Assembly (NCBI GenBank): GCA_018900835.1
Contig: JAHIFQ010000015.1
Span: 50,301-114,300, forward strand
Reading direction: 5' to 3'
DNA length: 64,000 nt
Source: Patescibacteria group bacterium
Lineage (GTDB): Bacteria > Patescibacteriota > Minisyncoccia > Minisyncoccales > PEYH01
Both the position numbers and the translations under genes were made by a program. Shown here in pieces: positions 18,618 to 28,963 of this stretch (its first letter is position 1; each line of letters opens with the position of its first letter). A model generated the notes under the pieces. It was not told where the DNA came from. It searched no databases and was given only the letters and a program-made list of their open reading frames with translations.

Positions 18618-19981
18618 TTAGCGAATTGCTTAACGAATTTTTGAAATTGGTCTCCCCTGTCTTTATAGTCCTTGAATATTCCAAAACTTGCGCAACCCGG
18701 AGACAGCGCGCAGATTCCTTTTCTGGCAGTATGTTGATAGCATGCCTTGACCGCATCTCTCATATTATCTACAAGAATAAATTTTGGTTTTTCATCTGTT
18801 TCACCCATTGTTTCCATAATGGCTTGCTTGATTCTCTTGCCTGCGGGCGGAAAAACAATAATTGTTTTAATGCGGTGTTTGATAATTATTTTGGCTAATG
18901 AAGAGAAATTCAGTCCCCTTTCATGGCCTCCCAATATAATGGTCTGTGGGTTGATGGCTTTTATAGCGCTTATGGCAGCGATTGGCTCGGTTGCAAAGCT
19001 GTCGTCATAAAAAATAATTTCTTTAAATTTTCCTATTTTCTGTAAACAATGCTTTTGAGTTCTGTAATCAGATATTGATTTTTTGATTTTTGAAAAAGGA
19101 ATATTAAATAAGCGGGCAGCGCATATTGCAGACATTATATCATATATGAAATGTTCTCCTTGCAGATGAATATCCTTCACTTTTGTAACCTTTTTTCCTT
19201 GATAAAATATTGCCTCTTGATTAAAATAGCAGTCGTTTGAATCATCTTTGCCAAAAGTGATTTTTCTGGCTTTGGTTTTTTCTGCTAAAGTTTTCAACCG
19301 AGGAGAATCAGAATTGAAAATAAAAAAATCGTTTTTTTTCTGCCAAAGGGTAATATTCTTTTTTGCCGCAAAGTATTCTTCGGTGTCTTTGTAATAATCT
19401 AAATGCCCCTCATGAATATTTAAAAATATTGCGATATATGGACTCACTTTTATATCCTCTAATTGATGAGAAGATATTTCAAAAATAAATGTTTTTTTGG
19501 ATTTTCCGTCTTTAAAATAGTTTAAAACCGGCTTCCCGATGTTCCCGATAAGCTCTGCCTCATGATTGCTTTCTTCAAAAATTTTATAAAGCAAGCTCAC
19601 AGTAGTGCCCTTGCCTTTTGTGGCGGTTACGCCGATAGTTTGTTTTGAATAATTTTGTAGAAAAATATCAGTTTGAGAGGCGATAGTTTGATTATTAGAA
19701 ATATATGGGGCGAATATTTTTCTAGAGATGCCCGGGGTTTTGATTATAACATCATAATCCCCTATTGATTTCAAATAATTATTCCCTAAATGCAGCTTTG
19801 TATTCTCATCTTTCTTGATTTTTCTTTTCAGAGTTTTTGATAATTCTCTAAACTCTAATTTATCTGCTAAGCCAATAATTTTATCAGGAAAAATTTTCCG
19901 TAGAAACTTAAAACTTGACTCTCCTTCTCGGCCAAGCCCTAAAATCAGAATTTTTTTGTTTTCAAGCTGTGTTAGCTTCAT
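18614..19981 (-). CDS. murD: UDP-MurNAc-L-Ala--glutamate ligase (likely MurD2-type)
   Basis: GLGREG, KTPGI, ATKGKGTT, GNIG, EISSHQL, YDDSFAT, LSPGCASF. Confidence 0.9.
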   Translation of the reverse strand: MKLTQLENKKILILGLGREGESSFKFLRKIFPDKIIGLADKLEFRELSKTLKRKIKKDENTKLHLGNNYLKSIGDYDVIIKTPGISRKIFAPYISNNQTIASQTDIFLQNYSKQTIGVTATKGKGTTVSLLYKIFEESNHEAELIGNIGKPVLNYFKDGKSKKTFIFEISSHQLEDIKVSPYIAIFLNIHEGHLDYYKDTEEYFAAKKNITLWQKKNDFFIFNSDSPRLKTLAEKTKARKITFGKDDSNDCYFNQEAIFYQGKKVTKVKDIHLQGEHFIYDIMSAICAARLFNIPFSKIKKSISDYRTQKHCLQKIGKFKEIIFYDDSFATEPIAAISAIKAINPQTIILGGHERGLNFSSLAKIIIKHRIKTIIVFPPAGKRIKQAIMETMGETDEKPKFILVDNMRDAVKACYQHTARKGICALSPGCASFGIFKDYKDRGDQFQKFVKQFAK

Positions 19982-21234
19982 CTCTTTATTGTTTCGCTTA
20001 TTTTTTTCAGAACAATAGGTAGGTTGTGCCTTTCTTTTTCAATACAGGACTTAATTATTTTCTTTGATTCAGAGATTGTTCCCACGCATTCAAATGGCTT
20101 AAACGCTTTTTCCCCAATCAATTGCTCCATCAATGGGACAAGCTTTTTGTCTTCAAAAAGGTTTTTTCCAAATATTTTTATCATGTCTTTTTTTTCCACA
20201 AAAGCATAAAGAGCGCTGAACACAAATAGGCATTTTGCGCACTTCCCGCACCATCTCTTGGATGCGTTTTTTGTTTTATACGCATTATTGCAACTTAAAA
20301 AAAATGGGTGATATTGTTTTAATCCAGCAAATTTTTTGATAATCTCTATTTCTGACAACTTCCTCAATGGGCTGTAAATCTTAATATTTTTCAAAAGATA
20401 TTTTTTAGCGTAATTTTGCATCATTTTTTCAAATTCAGATGACTTTGACCATTGATGGTTTATCCATTTGCCTTGGTATTTTACATTTCCTTCGTCAGCG
20501 CTTTTTTCCCATGAAAAAGCAATAGTCCCGTAGTCAAATATTTCCGCCAAAAGGATAGACAAGAAAGAAAGAAACGCTGAAAAAGGCACATGGCCATTTA
20601 AGAGCCCTTTCTTGTTAAGGGCGAAGAGCTTGCTATCTAACTTTCTTTCAATAAAAATATTTTCTTTAAGCCGAGCGATTCTTATAATATCTTTTTGCGG
20701 TTTAATAGCATTGAGGACAAATGAGCCAATATTCTTTTTTTGTTTGTCAAGCATTTTTAGCGTTACTGGAGCGTCTTTTCCCCCGCCAATAGGAACCAGA
20801 ACCCTTTTATTATTCAGCTTTTTCTCTAATGGTTTGAATTGTGGTTTGTTTTTATTTACTATTATTTCTAAAAATTTTGGTTTTCTGAAATCAATTTTAT
20901 TTTCATAAAAATACTGGCCCATTCCATTGATAATGATTCTTTTTAAAAAAGTAATCTGTTGTTTATCAAGATTGCCTGCCTCAATCTTTATTATCGGAGA
21001 GCAGGTCAATTTCCAATAATTGAGCATTTCAATCAATCCAAGATGGAATACTAAATTATCAATATCTTTGAGTTCTGATTTCTCAATGTTCTTGATTATG
21101 ATTTCTGTCGTAAATTTCAAATCCGGGTTAATTGAAAAATTAAACCAGATTTTCAAATCTGTTCCGACTGTTTTATAGTCAAATCCCTTATAAACAAATT
21201 CTTTATGCTTTTTTTGGATTTCTCCGGCGTTCAT
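19978..21234 (-). CDS. murL: MurL-like UDP-MurNAc-L-Ala-L-Glu epimerase
   Basis: PP-loop-like GGGKD, NGHVPFSA, NHQWSKS, WCGKCAKC, KPFECVG; overlaps murD. Confidence 0.8.
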   Translation of the reverse strand: MNAGEIQKKHKEFVYKGFDYKTVGTDLKIWFNFSINPDLKFTTEIIIKNIEKSELKDIDNLVFHLGLIEMLNYWKLTCSPIIKIEAGNLDKQQITFLKRIIINGMGQYFYENKIDFRKPKFLEIIVNKNKPQFKPLEKKLNNKRVLVPIGGGKDAPVTLKMLDKQKKNIGSFVLNAIKPQKDIIRIARLKENIFIERKLDSKLFALNKKGLLNGHVPFSAFLSFLSILLAEIFDYGTIAFSWEKSADEGNVKYQGKWINHQWSKSSEFEKMMQNYAKKYLLKNIKIYSPLRKLSEIEIIKKFAGLKQYHPFFLSCNNAYKTKNASKRWCGKCAKCLFVFSALYAFVEKKDMIKIFGKNLFEDKKLVPLMEQLIGEKAFKPFECVGTISESKKIIKSCIEKERHNLPIVLKKISETIKR

Positions 21235-21316
21235 TTTGCCTTTTTATTTAGTTAACTATTTTTTAATTCTATCATTTTACCCCTAAATGTCTATTAAGAT
21301 TGATATTAAAATAGAA

Positions 21317-21341
21317 TTGCCCCGACCTTGCGTCGGGGCAA
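21317..21341 (-). terminator. hairpin terminator after csp
   Basis: TTGCCCCGAC...GTCGGGGCAA. Confidence 0.7.
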
Positions 21342-21368
21342 AACTATTTTCGTAACTTAGATTACCGA

Positions 21369-21566
21369 TTAAATTCGGGTTACTTTCACCGCATTTTCTC
21401 CTTTTGGAGAATCAGCTTTTTCGAAAGATACTTTATCACCTTCTCTAAGCTCATCATAGCTTACGCCAACGAGCTCATTACCGTGAAAAAATAAATCTTT
21501 CTCTTCGCCTTCGATTGCAATGAATCCGAATCCCTTATCAGTAAGTTTTTTGATTGTTCCTTCCAT
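21369..21566 (-). CDS. cold-shock domain protein
   Basis: KGFGFI (RNP1) and DLFFH (RNP2). Confidence 0.95.
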   Translation of the reverse strand: MEGTIKKLTDKGFGFIAIEGEEKDLFFHGNELVGVSYDELREGDKVSFEKADSPKGENAVKVTRI

Positions 21567-21688
21567 ATAAGTAAAGATTAGATTAATTTATAATTTTTTA
21601 AGAGTTCATCCAAAAAGGATTCACTCTAAAGATTAGCGTCCTCAAGAAACTCGACGACTTTTCACTAGACAACTATACTTGTACGTAC

Positions 21689-21717
21689 AGGATAGCACAG
21701 CAATTAAATCTTGTCAA
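21689..21717 (-). promoter_or_regulatory. sigma70-like promoter of csp (long 5' UTR)
   Basis: TTGACA-17-TATCCT with extended TG, about 120 nt before the ATG. Confidence 0.6.
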
Positions 21718-21741
21718 ATTTTTTACAAAGAAATACCCTTT

Positions 21742-22833
21742 TTAGCCCAGCAAACGGATGGCGACTCCGATAATGGCGGCAATTAGGCCGATGACCCAGA
21801 ACCTCATTGTGATTTTGTAATGTGGCCAGCCCTTAGCTTCAAAGTGATAATGAAGCGGAGCAGCCAGAAAAATTTTGCGTTTGAGAAATTTTTTTGATAA
21901 TTGTTGAAGTATAACTGAACCAGCTTCTGCCACTAAAAGAAGTCCAATAATCGGCAAAACCAAAACCGAATCAGTAAGAAAAGCTACGACCGTAAGGGCA
22001 GTGCAAAGCCCCATTGTCCCTGACTCTCCCATATAGAATCTGGCAGGAGGGATATTAAACCAGAGAAATGCGAGTAAAGCGCCTGCAACTACTGCGCAAA
22101 AAGCAGCGACATCTATCTGCCCTCTGAAAAGAGCAATAATAGCGTAAGCCCCAAAGATTGTTGAAAAACTGCTTCCAGCCAGACCGTCTATTCCATCTAT
22201 CACTCCCCCAGCATATACAGCCATCATTACAAACACGAAAAATGGAATATACCAAGCGCCTATTAATAATTCTCCATTTCCAGGGATGTGCAAACTTATC
22301 CATCCGAGCTTTGAGTAAAACCACCATCCGCCTATTAGCCCTATTAAAAAAACTGAACCTAAGCGGTATTTTAAACTTAATCCACCGCCAATGTATTTCC
22401 CTTTGCCCCTCACCTGAAGCAGGTCATCTACTAATCCAACGATTGATGCTGCTACCATTGCAAATAAAGGCAACCAGGTCTGGGAACGGCTTAAAAAATT
22501 TAATTTTTGGATAAATGTGCCGTTAAATTCAGTCAAAAGAAAAAATACAACTGCCAATATCGGCGGAATGGTCCAAATCAAAATTCCTCCCAACCGAGGA
22601 GTTTTTACTTCTTGGTCTGAATGAAATTTTTTAAATACAGGCATTTCTTTCCCATCAATAGATTTCTCCCTGCCTGTTTTTTTCCAAAGTTTGTACTTAT
22701 AAAGAAAGTGAGTAAGAAAAGGCGTCGCTAATATTGCGACGATAAAAGAGATGGCTCCTAATGTTAAAATTTTAAGCACACTAAATGTAAGGTCAGCATT
22801 CTGAAGGTTTTGAATTATGCTTATCCCTACCAT
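21742..22833 (-). CDS. mraY: phospho-MurNAc-pentapeptide transferase
   Basis: KTPRLGG, GLVDD, DGIDGL, FNIPPARFYMGE, APLHYHFE. Confidence 0.92.
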   Translation of the reverse strand: MVGISIIQNLQNADLTFSVLKILTLGAISFIVAILATPFLTHFLYKYKLWKKTGREKSIDGKEMPVFKKFHSDQEVKTPRLGGILIWTIPPILAVVFFLLTEFNGTFIQKLNFLSRSQTWLPLFAMVAASIVGLVDDLLQVRGKGKYIGGGLSLKYRLGSVFLIGLIGGWWFYSKLGWISLHIPGNGELLIGAWYIPFFVFVMMAVYAGGVIDGIDGLAGSSFSTIFGAYAIIALFRGQIDVAAFCAVVAGALLAFLWFNIPPARFYMGESGTMGLCTALTVVAFLTDSVLVLPIIGLLLVAEAGSVILQQLSKKFLKRKIFLAAPLHYHFEAKGWPHYKITMRFWVIGLIAAIIGVAIRLLG

Positions 22834-23840
22834 ACGAAAGCAGTATTAATCCAATTAATAATATTTTCCATATCCTTGAATCGGTCGCTTGACCCTAATA
22901 CTATATTTATAACATGCCCACCATTTTTCGGTTGAGGCATTATCACTAACAGGCATTGCCCGGCAATTGGAGTTTGCCCTGTTTTGGCTCCGAATGTATT
23001 GGGGAATTCGCTAAGTAATTTATTGGTGCTTATCGCTTCATGATGAACCCGTCCGTTAGCAAGAGTAATTGGGTATTTTGGGTTTCTAGTAATCTCAAAT
23101 ATTCTTGCTATCTCGGGATTCGTATCTGCTTCTTGAAGAATATGTCTTACCATCATTGCTAAATCATTCGCAGTTGAATAATTATATCCTCCTCCAAAAA
23201 AATCAGGGTCCAGACCAATCGGGTCTATAAAATGAGTGTATTTCAAGCCGATTTCCTTAACTTTTTTATTCATAAGATTGACAAACTGTTGTTCTCCCAT
23301 AATTTCTGCTAAAGCTCTGGCAGCATCGTTGCTTGATTCAATAAGAATTGAGTGAAGCAATTGGTCAACAGTGAATTTTTCACCCACCCAGAATCCGCCA
23401 ATAATTTCTTCAGTGTCAACAGCTCTTTGGGATATAACAACCTCTTGGTCAAGCTCATAATTCTGCAGAACAATATAGGCAGTGAGCAGTTTAGTCAAGC
23501 TGGCGATTGGCATTATTTCGTCAGGCGACTTATCAAATATCATTCGTGGGCTCCCAGAATCAGTCACTAAACTTATGGCTGATTTGGCTTTCAGTCCCTC
23601 CAATTCTCCTGTTTTCCAATTCCTAAACGGTTTTAAAAAAGAATAATCCACTGGCGCGCTCACCACGGCAGCAGTATAAATATCTTTCGTTTTTTTCCAA
23701 TAAAGATATTCATTGGCAATTTTTCCCAAAGCAATACTCCCTGAAATTGAGGCGAGCAATAATCCTCCTGCCACAATATTTTTGGTTTTTGGTAGGTTAA
23801 ACTTAAATTTTGCCTTTGGATACCAGGTTTCCAAATTCAT
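22827..23840 (-). CDS. D-alanyl-D-alanine carboxypeptidase (S11, PBP5-like)
   Basis: PIASLTK (SxxK), SSN (SxN), KTG. Confidence 0.9.
   Translation of the reverse strand: MNLETWYPKAKFKFNLPKTKNIVAGGLLLASISGSIALGKIANEYLYWKKTKDIYTAAVVSAPVDYSFLKPFRNWKTGELEGLKAKSAISLVTDSGSPRMIFDKSPDEIMPIASLTKLLTAYIVLQNYELDQEVVISQRAVDTEEIIGGFWVGEKFTVDQLLHSILIESSNDAARALAEIMGEQQFVNLMNKKVKEIGLKYTHFIDPIGLDPDFFGGGYNYSTANDLAMMVRHILQEADTNPEIARIFEITRNPKYPITLANGRVHHEAISTNKLLSEFPNTFGAKTGQTPIAGQCLLVIMPQPKNGGHVINIVLGSSDRFKDMENIINWINTAFVW
23815..23835. repeat. palindrome family C variant encoding LETWYPK at N-terminus of S11 peptidase
   Basis: TTTGGATACC-A-GGTTTCCAAA (one mismatch). Confidence 0.65.
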
Positions 23841-23845
23841 TTGGT

Positions 23846-25273
23846 CTAATCTTTTTTTATTATTTTAATTCCGAGTTCTCTTAACTGGTTATCTGAAACA
23901 GAAGAAGGAGCGTCCATTACAGAGGTGATGCCAGAAGTAGCAGTTGGAAAAGCAACTGTTTCCCTGATGCTCTTTTCGTTGAGTATGGTTTGTAATAGCC
24001 GATCAAATCCCGCGGCAATTCCTCCATGAGGCGGAACGCCATATTCAAATGCTTCTAAAATGTGTCCGAACCTTTCTTCTACTGCTTCTGGTTTATGCCC
24101 CAAGACCTCAAATGTTTTCTTTAAAACTTCTCTCTCGTGGGTTCTTATTGAACCGCCCATTACTTCCACTCCATTTAATGCCAAGTCGTATTGTTTAGCA
24201 ATCAACCCAAGAACCTCTTTTCTTCCTTTTGGGCTCCTCAATTCCTCAACGCTCATTGTTTTGAATTTTTTAAGGTCTTCATCGCCAAGCGCAGTAAATG
24301 GGTGGTGGACTGCGTCGATTGAACCATCTTCAAGAACCTCAAACATTGGAAAGTCCAATACCCAACAAAAAGCTAATTCTCCACTCTCCTTATCTTTCCT
24401 TAAATCCGGTTTATCGCTTTTATATTTTTTCATCGCTTCTGCGTATGTGATTCTTGGGAAAGGTTTTTCTTGTATCTTTTTATTAAAAATATTTTCTGCT
24501 AAATCAATCATCATTTCTTCTATTAGGGCAAAAACATCTTCTTGTTCCACAAAACTCATTTCTATATCCATTTGCGTATGTTCAAATAACCGGTCAGCCC
24601 TTAAATCCTCGTCTCTAAACACATGGGGAAATTGGAAATATTTTTCAACACCAGCCACCATCAGTAATTGCTTATATTGCTGTGGGCTTTGAGGCAAGGC
24701 ATAAAATTTTCCTGACTGTAGGCGGGAAGGCACCAAAAAATCCCTTGCTCCTTCTGGCGTTGACTTAGTCAAAATCGGGGTTTCAATTTCAAGAAATCCC
24801 CTGTCACTCAAAAAGTTTCTCATAAAAATAGCTGTCTTTTGGCGGGCAATCAGATTGTTTTTCATTCGCTCTCTTCGCAAGTCAAGATACCTGTATTTTA
24901 ATCGCTTTTCTTCTTTAATTTCATAGCCATCATTGTCAATCGGGAAAGGCAGTGTTTTTGCTTCAGACAAAACATTGATTTCTTCGGCACATAATTCTAT
25001 TGCCCCTGTCTCAATATTCTTATTCTCGGTATTGCCTTCTCGTTTTTTGATTGTTCCAGTTATTTCAATCACCCATTCTGGCCTTAATTTTTTCGCTGTT
25101 TCTAAAATACTTCCGCTTAAGTTGGGCAAAAAAATCACCTGCAAAAGCCCAGACCTGTCCCGCAAATCAATAAAAATCAGTTTTCCGTGCGAACGGTATG
25201 TGTGAATCCATCCTGATACTTTCACTTTTTCGCCAATATGTTGCGAGGTCTCTGCAATAAGCGTCCTTTTCAT
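23846..25273 (-). CDS. aspS: aspartate--tRNA ligase (short form lacking GAD insertion)
   Basis: OB-fold FIDLRDRSG, RYLDLRR, STPEGARDF, QSPQQYKQ, PPHGG. Confidence 0.95.
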   Translation of the reverse strand: MKRTLIAETSQHIGEKVKVSGWIHTYRSHGKLIFIDLRDRSGLLQVIFLPNLSGSILETAKKLRPEWVIEITGTIKKREGNTENKNIETGAIELCAEEINVLSEAKTLPFPIDNDGYEIKEEKRLKYRYLDLRRERMKNNLIARQKTAIFMRNFLSDRGFLEIETPILTKSTPEGARDFLVPSRLQSGKFYALPQSPQQYKQLLMVAGVEKYFQFPHVFRDEDLRADRLFEHTQMDIEMSFVEQEDVFALIEEMMIDLAENIFNKKIQEKPFPRITYAEAMKKYKSDKPDLRKDKESGELAFCWVLDFPMFEVLEDGSIDAVHHPFTALGDEDLKKFKTMSVEELRSPKGRKEVLGLIAKQYDLALNGVEVMGGSIRTHEREVLKKTFEVLGHKPEAVEERFGHILEAFEYGVPPHGGIAAGFDRLLQTILNEKSIRETVAFPTATSGITSVMDAPSSVSDNQLRELGIKIIKKD

Positions 25274-25287
25274 ATTGATGTATTATA

Positions 25288-25647
25288 TTAAATTAATTTT
25301 TTAACTAATTCCACAAGTTCTGTCGGCGTATAATCGGTTTTTAGGAAATAATCAGTTGCGCCCAGTTCCTTGGCTTTCTGTCGATATTCCTTGCCTTCTA
25401 AATTAGAAAGAATGAGAACAGGGATTTTATTTCCGGACTTGCGTAATCTTTCCAGATACAAAAGACCATTTTCTGCTGGAAGAATGATGTCCAAAACCAT
25501 TAAATCAATATCTTCATTTTTTAAGATTTCATCCCCGTCTTTGGAGGTTATCGCAGTGATGACTGTTATGTCTTTTGTTTCCCGAAACTTAGTGACATAA
25601 ATATCTCTCGTCATCTTTTCATCCTCAACCAAAAGTATCTTCTTCAT
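25288..25647 (-). CDS. single-domain response regulator
   Basis: ILLVEDE, LDIILP, LSN, K signature of a receiver domain. Confidence 0.9.
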   Translation of the reverse strand: MKKILLVEDEKMTRDIYVTKFRETKDITVITAITSKDGDEILKNEDIDLMVLDIILPAENGLLYLERLRKSGNKIPVLILSNLEGKEYRQKAKELGATDYFLKTDYTPTELVELVKKLI

Positions 25648-25781
25648 ATTTTTGGACGCTCCCCCAAGCGTTTGCTAATGTTTATTTATTTTACACGAAA
25701 TCAAAAAAAACGCCAGTACAATTAAGCAATGATATTGCGAAAATTAGGAGTTTTGCTATAATTGAATTACTTTTGAAAAAT

Positions 25782-28145
25782 ATGCAGAAACAATATGATT
25801 TTAAAAAACAGGAACTGAAATGGCAAAAGTTCTGGGAAAAAGAGGGCTTATACAAATTTAATCCTAAAAAATCAGGCAAGATTTTTTCCATAGACACAGA
25901 CCCGCCTACTTTGAGCGGGAAAATGCATATTGGCCATGTTTCTTCATACACACACGAGGATATTATCGCCCGCTATCACAGGATGAAAGGAGAAAACGTC
26001 TTTTTTCCTTTTGGGGTTGATAATAATGGCCTGCCAACTGAAAAATTGGTTGAGTCTATTAATGGCGTTACTTTGTTTGAGGTTGGCAGGAAGAATTTTG
26101 TTCAGCTTTGCCAAAAAACGATTAGCAAGATTTTGCCGGAATTTGTCTCTGGTTGGAAAAGAATTGGCGCATCTTGTGATTTCTCAAACATTTACTCAAC
26201 CATTAGTCCAGAAGTACAGAAAATCAGCCAACAGCACTTTTTGGAACTTTTTAAACAAAATAGGATATACCAGAAAGAATCCCCTACTCTTTTCTGCCCG
26301 TCTTGCCAAACCGCCATTGCGCAGGCAGAACTTGAAGACAAGGAAAAGCAAACTATTTTTAATGATATATATTTTGAACTGGAAAACAAAAAGAAAATAA
26401 TAATTTCAACTACTCGGCCAGAGCTTTTGCCAAGCTGTGTTGCTCTTTTCGTTCATCCGCAAGACAAAAGATATATGGATTTAGTCGGAAAAACCGTTAT
26501 TGTCCCGCTTTTTAAGCAAAAAGTTAAAATTTTACAAGATAACAAAGTTGATAGAGAAAAAGGAAGCGGAATTGTAATGTGCTGCACATTTGGAGATACC
26601 GCTGATTTGGATTGGTATTTTAAACATAATTTACCTTTAAGAATATCAATTACCAAGCAGGGAGAACTTAATGAGCTTGCCAAAGAGTTTAAAGGATTTT
26701 CTGTAAAGTCAGCGCGCAAGATGATTATAGAAAAACTTAAAGAAAAGGGACTGCTGGCTTCCCAGAAGACCATCAATCATTCGGTTAATGTCCACGAGAG
26801 ATGCGGGACAGAAATAGAGATTCTGCCTACCAAGCAATGGTTCATAAAGTATCTTGATTTAAAGGAGCAGTTTTTAAAACAATCGGATAAATTGAATTGG
26901 TATCCCAAATATATGAAAATCCGATTGGATAATTGGATTAATGGCCTGCGTTGGGACTGGTGTATTTCAAGACAGAGATATTTTGGTATTCCAATACCAG
27001 CTTGGCATTGCAAAAAATGCGGAAAAGTTATTACAGCGTCAATCAATGACTTACCAGTTGACCCGCTTCACTCAAACCCTACAAAAAAGTGCAGCTGTGG
27101 GAGCAATGAATTTGTTCCAGAAACAGATGTTTTGGACACTTGGGCAACAAGTTCTCTTTCCCCGCAAATTGCCTTGTCTTTAGTAAAAGACAAGAAAACA
27201 AGAGAGAAAATATTTCCAATGTCTTTGAGGCCACAGGCACATGATATTATTAATTTTTGGTTATTTTATACACTTGCCCGTTCTTATCTGCATTACAAAA
27301 AACTTCCATGGCATGATGTTTTTATCTCTGGACATGTTCTTGATTCAAAAGGAGAAAAAATGTCTAAATCAAAAGGCAATACAATAGACCCTGAAACGAT
27401 TCTGGAAGAATATGGCACTGATGCTGTTCGCTATTGGGCAAGCCAAGCAGGAATGGGAGATGATTTTAGATTCAGCGAAGAGGAAATCCGACAAGGCAAA
27501 AGGACTGCTACCAAGATTTGGAATGCTTCCAGATTCGCGCTTATGCATTTGACAAATTATTCATTGAAAAGCAGTGATGCCAAAAATTTGGAAGATGAGG
27601 ATAAATGGATTCTCACAAAACTAAATACTACTGTTAAGGATTATGTTAGCAAAATGGATTCATATCAATATCCGAGAGCCAAGGAGATTATAGACAGCTT
27701 TTTCTGGAAGGATTTTTGCGATAATTATCTTGAAATTGTGAAAACAAGGGTTTATGAGCCGAAAAACGAGGAAACATTAAAAGCAGCACAATTTACGATT
27801 TATATCGTTGTCTTAGGAATATTAAAACTTTATGCGCCAATTATGCCTTTTGTAACAGAGGAAGTGTATCAGGATTATTTCAGAAAAACAGAAAAAACAA
27901 AAAGTATACATTTAACGCTTTTGCCGAATATAGAGAAACAGTTTAATTTCCCAACAGTTGCCAGCGATTTTGAAACAGCGGTTGATGCTATTGCCCAAAT
28001 CAGAAAATACAAATCAGAGAACCAACTCTCAATGAAGGCAGAGATTGAGTCGGTGTCAATAAAAGTCAAAAACAAAACAAAAATAAAAAAATACTTGCCC
28101 TTGATTAGCAAATTAATGTCAGTTAAGGCGATAAAATTAGTATAA
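25782..28145 (+). CDS. valS: valine--tRNA ligase (archaeal-type, no C-terminal coiled coil)
   Basis: DTDPPTLSGKMHIGH, DNNGLPTE, WCISRQRYFG, LRPQAHDII, KMSKS. Confidence 0.93.
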   Translation: MQKQYDFKKQELKWQKFWEKEGLYKFNPKKSGKIFSIDTDPPTLSGKMHIGHVSSYTHEDIIARYHRMKGENVFFPFGVDNNGLPTEKLVESINGVTLFEVGRKNFVQLCQKTISKILPEFVSGWKRIGASCDFSNIYSTISPEVQKISQQHFLELFKQNRIYQKESPTLFCPSCQTAIAQAELEDKEKQTIFNDIYFELENKKKIIISTTRPELLPSCVALFVHPQDKRYMDLVGKTVIVPLFKQKVKILQDNKVDREKGSGIVMCCTFGDTADLDWYFKHNLPLRISITKQGELNELAKEFKGFSVKSARKMIIEKLKEKGLLASQKTINHSVNVHERCGTEIEILPTKQWFIKYLDLKEQFLKQSDKLNWYPKYMKIRLDNWINGLRWDWCISRQRYFGIPIPAWHCKKCGKVITASINDLPVDPLHSNPTKKCSCGSNEFVPETDVLDTWATSSLSPQIALSLVKDKKTREKIFPMSLRPQAHDIINFWLFYTLARSYLHYKKLPWHDVFISGHVLDSKGEKMSKSKGNTIDPETILEEYGTDAVRYWASQAGMGDDFRFSEEEIRQGKRTATKIWNASRFALMHLTNYSLKSSDAKNLEDEDKWILTKLNTTVKDYVSKMDSYQYPRAKEIIDSFFWKDFCDNYLEIVKTRVYEPKNEETLKAAQFTIYIVVLGILKLYAPIMPFVTEEVYQDYFRKTEKTKSIHLTLLPNIEKQFNFPTVASDFETAVDAIAQIRKYKSENQLSMKAEIESVSIKVKNKTKIKKYLPLISKLMSVKAIKLV

Positions 28146-28170
28146 TTTCCATATATTAATATTACAAAAT

Positions 28171-28197
28171 AAAAACAGCGGAGGACCCGCTGTTTTT
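28171..28197. terminator. bidirectional hairpin terminator between valS and hepT
   Basis: AAAAACAGCGG...CCGCTGTTTTT. Confidence 0.75.
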
Positions 28198-28305
28198 ATT
28201 ATTTCATCTTTTGATAATTCAGTATTTCATTTTCATTGATTGTTTGACAAGCGATAGGGTTTCTGTTGCTCTTTATTGATGTCTGTTGAGGAAATAAGGA
28301 TATAG

Positions 28306-28659
28306 TTAAAGTAGTTTTTTCCTGCCTTTTTGGATTTGTGCCACAAGTGGTTTGAGCGGAGATAAATCTTCTTTGATCGTTTTCCAAAGAACTTTTTTAT
28401 CCACGCCGAAATATTCGTGTACTAATTTATTGCGCATTCCGGTCATAATTTTCCATGGAATATCAGAATGTTGTTTTTTTATATCTGAAGGGATACGCCT
28501 TGCAGCCTCGCCTATTATTTCGAAGTTTCTAATAGTTGCGTCTACTGTCTTAAGGTCTTTTGAGAATTCGCTAAAATCTAATTTTTCCGTATATCTTTCT
28601 ATTTTTTCTATTGCCTCAAGAATATCATCAATATATACTTTATAATCCCTTTCAGACAT
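28306..28659 (-). CDS. HepT-like (DUF86) HEPN RNase toxin
   Basis: IIGEAA, IPWK, RNKLVHEY (Rx4H); ATG overlaps the MNT stop. Confidence 0.92.
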   Translation of the reverse strand: MSERDYKVYIDDILEAIEKIERYTEKLDFSEFSKDLKTVDATIRNFEIIGEAARRIPSDIKKQHSDIPWKIMTGMRNKLVHEYFGVDKKVLWKTIKEDLSPLKPLVAQIQKGRKKLL

Positions 28660-28945
28660 AAACAGTTTCTTTAATGATTCCGTCCTTGATTCTGGATTTA
28701 AGCGCATCTTTCATTACTAAATCAACTTTTAGTTTTAGTTGTATTTTTAGATAATTTTCAAGCCCGATGAAGCTGAACAAACTGATTGGTTCCGAGAACT
28801 CTACTAAGAGATCTAAATCGCTAGATTTTTTCTGTTTATTTTTTACATAAGAGCCAAAAACACCGATTTTTTTTACTTTAAACTTGTCTTTTAAAATCGG
28901 CTCTAATTCTTTAAGGTTTTTTTGAATCTGAATAAGCTTAGCCAT
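28652..28945 (-). CDS. MNT minimal nucleotidyltransferase antitoxin
   Basis: FGSY...SDLDLLV, KVDLV. Confidence 0.92.
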   Translation of the reverse strand: MAKLIQIQKNLKELEPILKDKFKVKKIGVFGSYVKNKQKKSSDLDLLVEFSEPISLFSFIGLENYLKIQLKLKVDLVMKDALKSRIKDGIIKETVYV

Positions 28946-28963
28946 ACTACTATTATAACTTAA

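Noticed and set aside
24060-24692. Long antisense ORFs (e.g. 24060-24692, 32915-33487, 43670-44113)
   Set aside because: Shadows of well-supported genes on the opposite strand.
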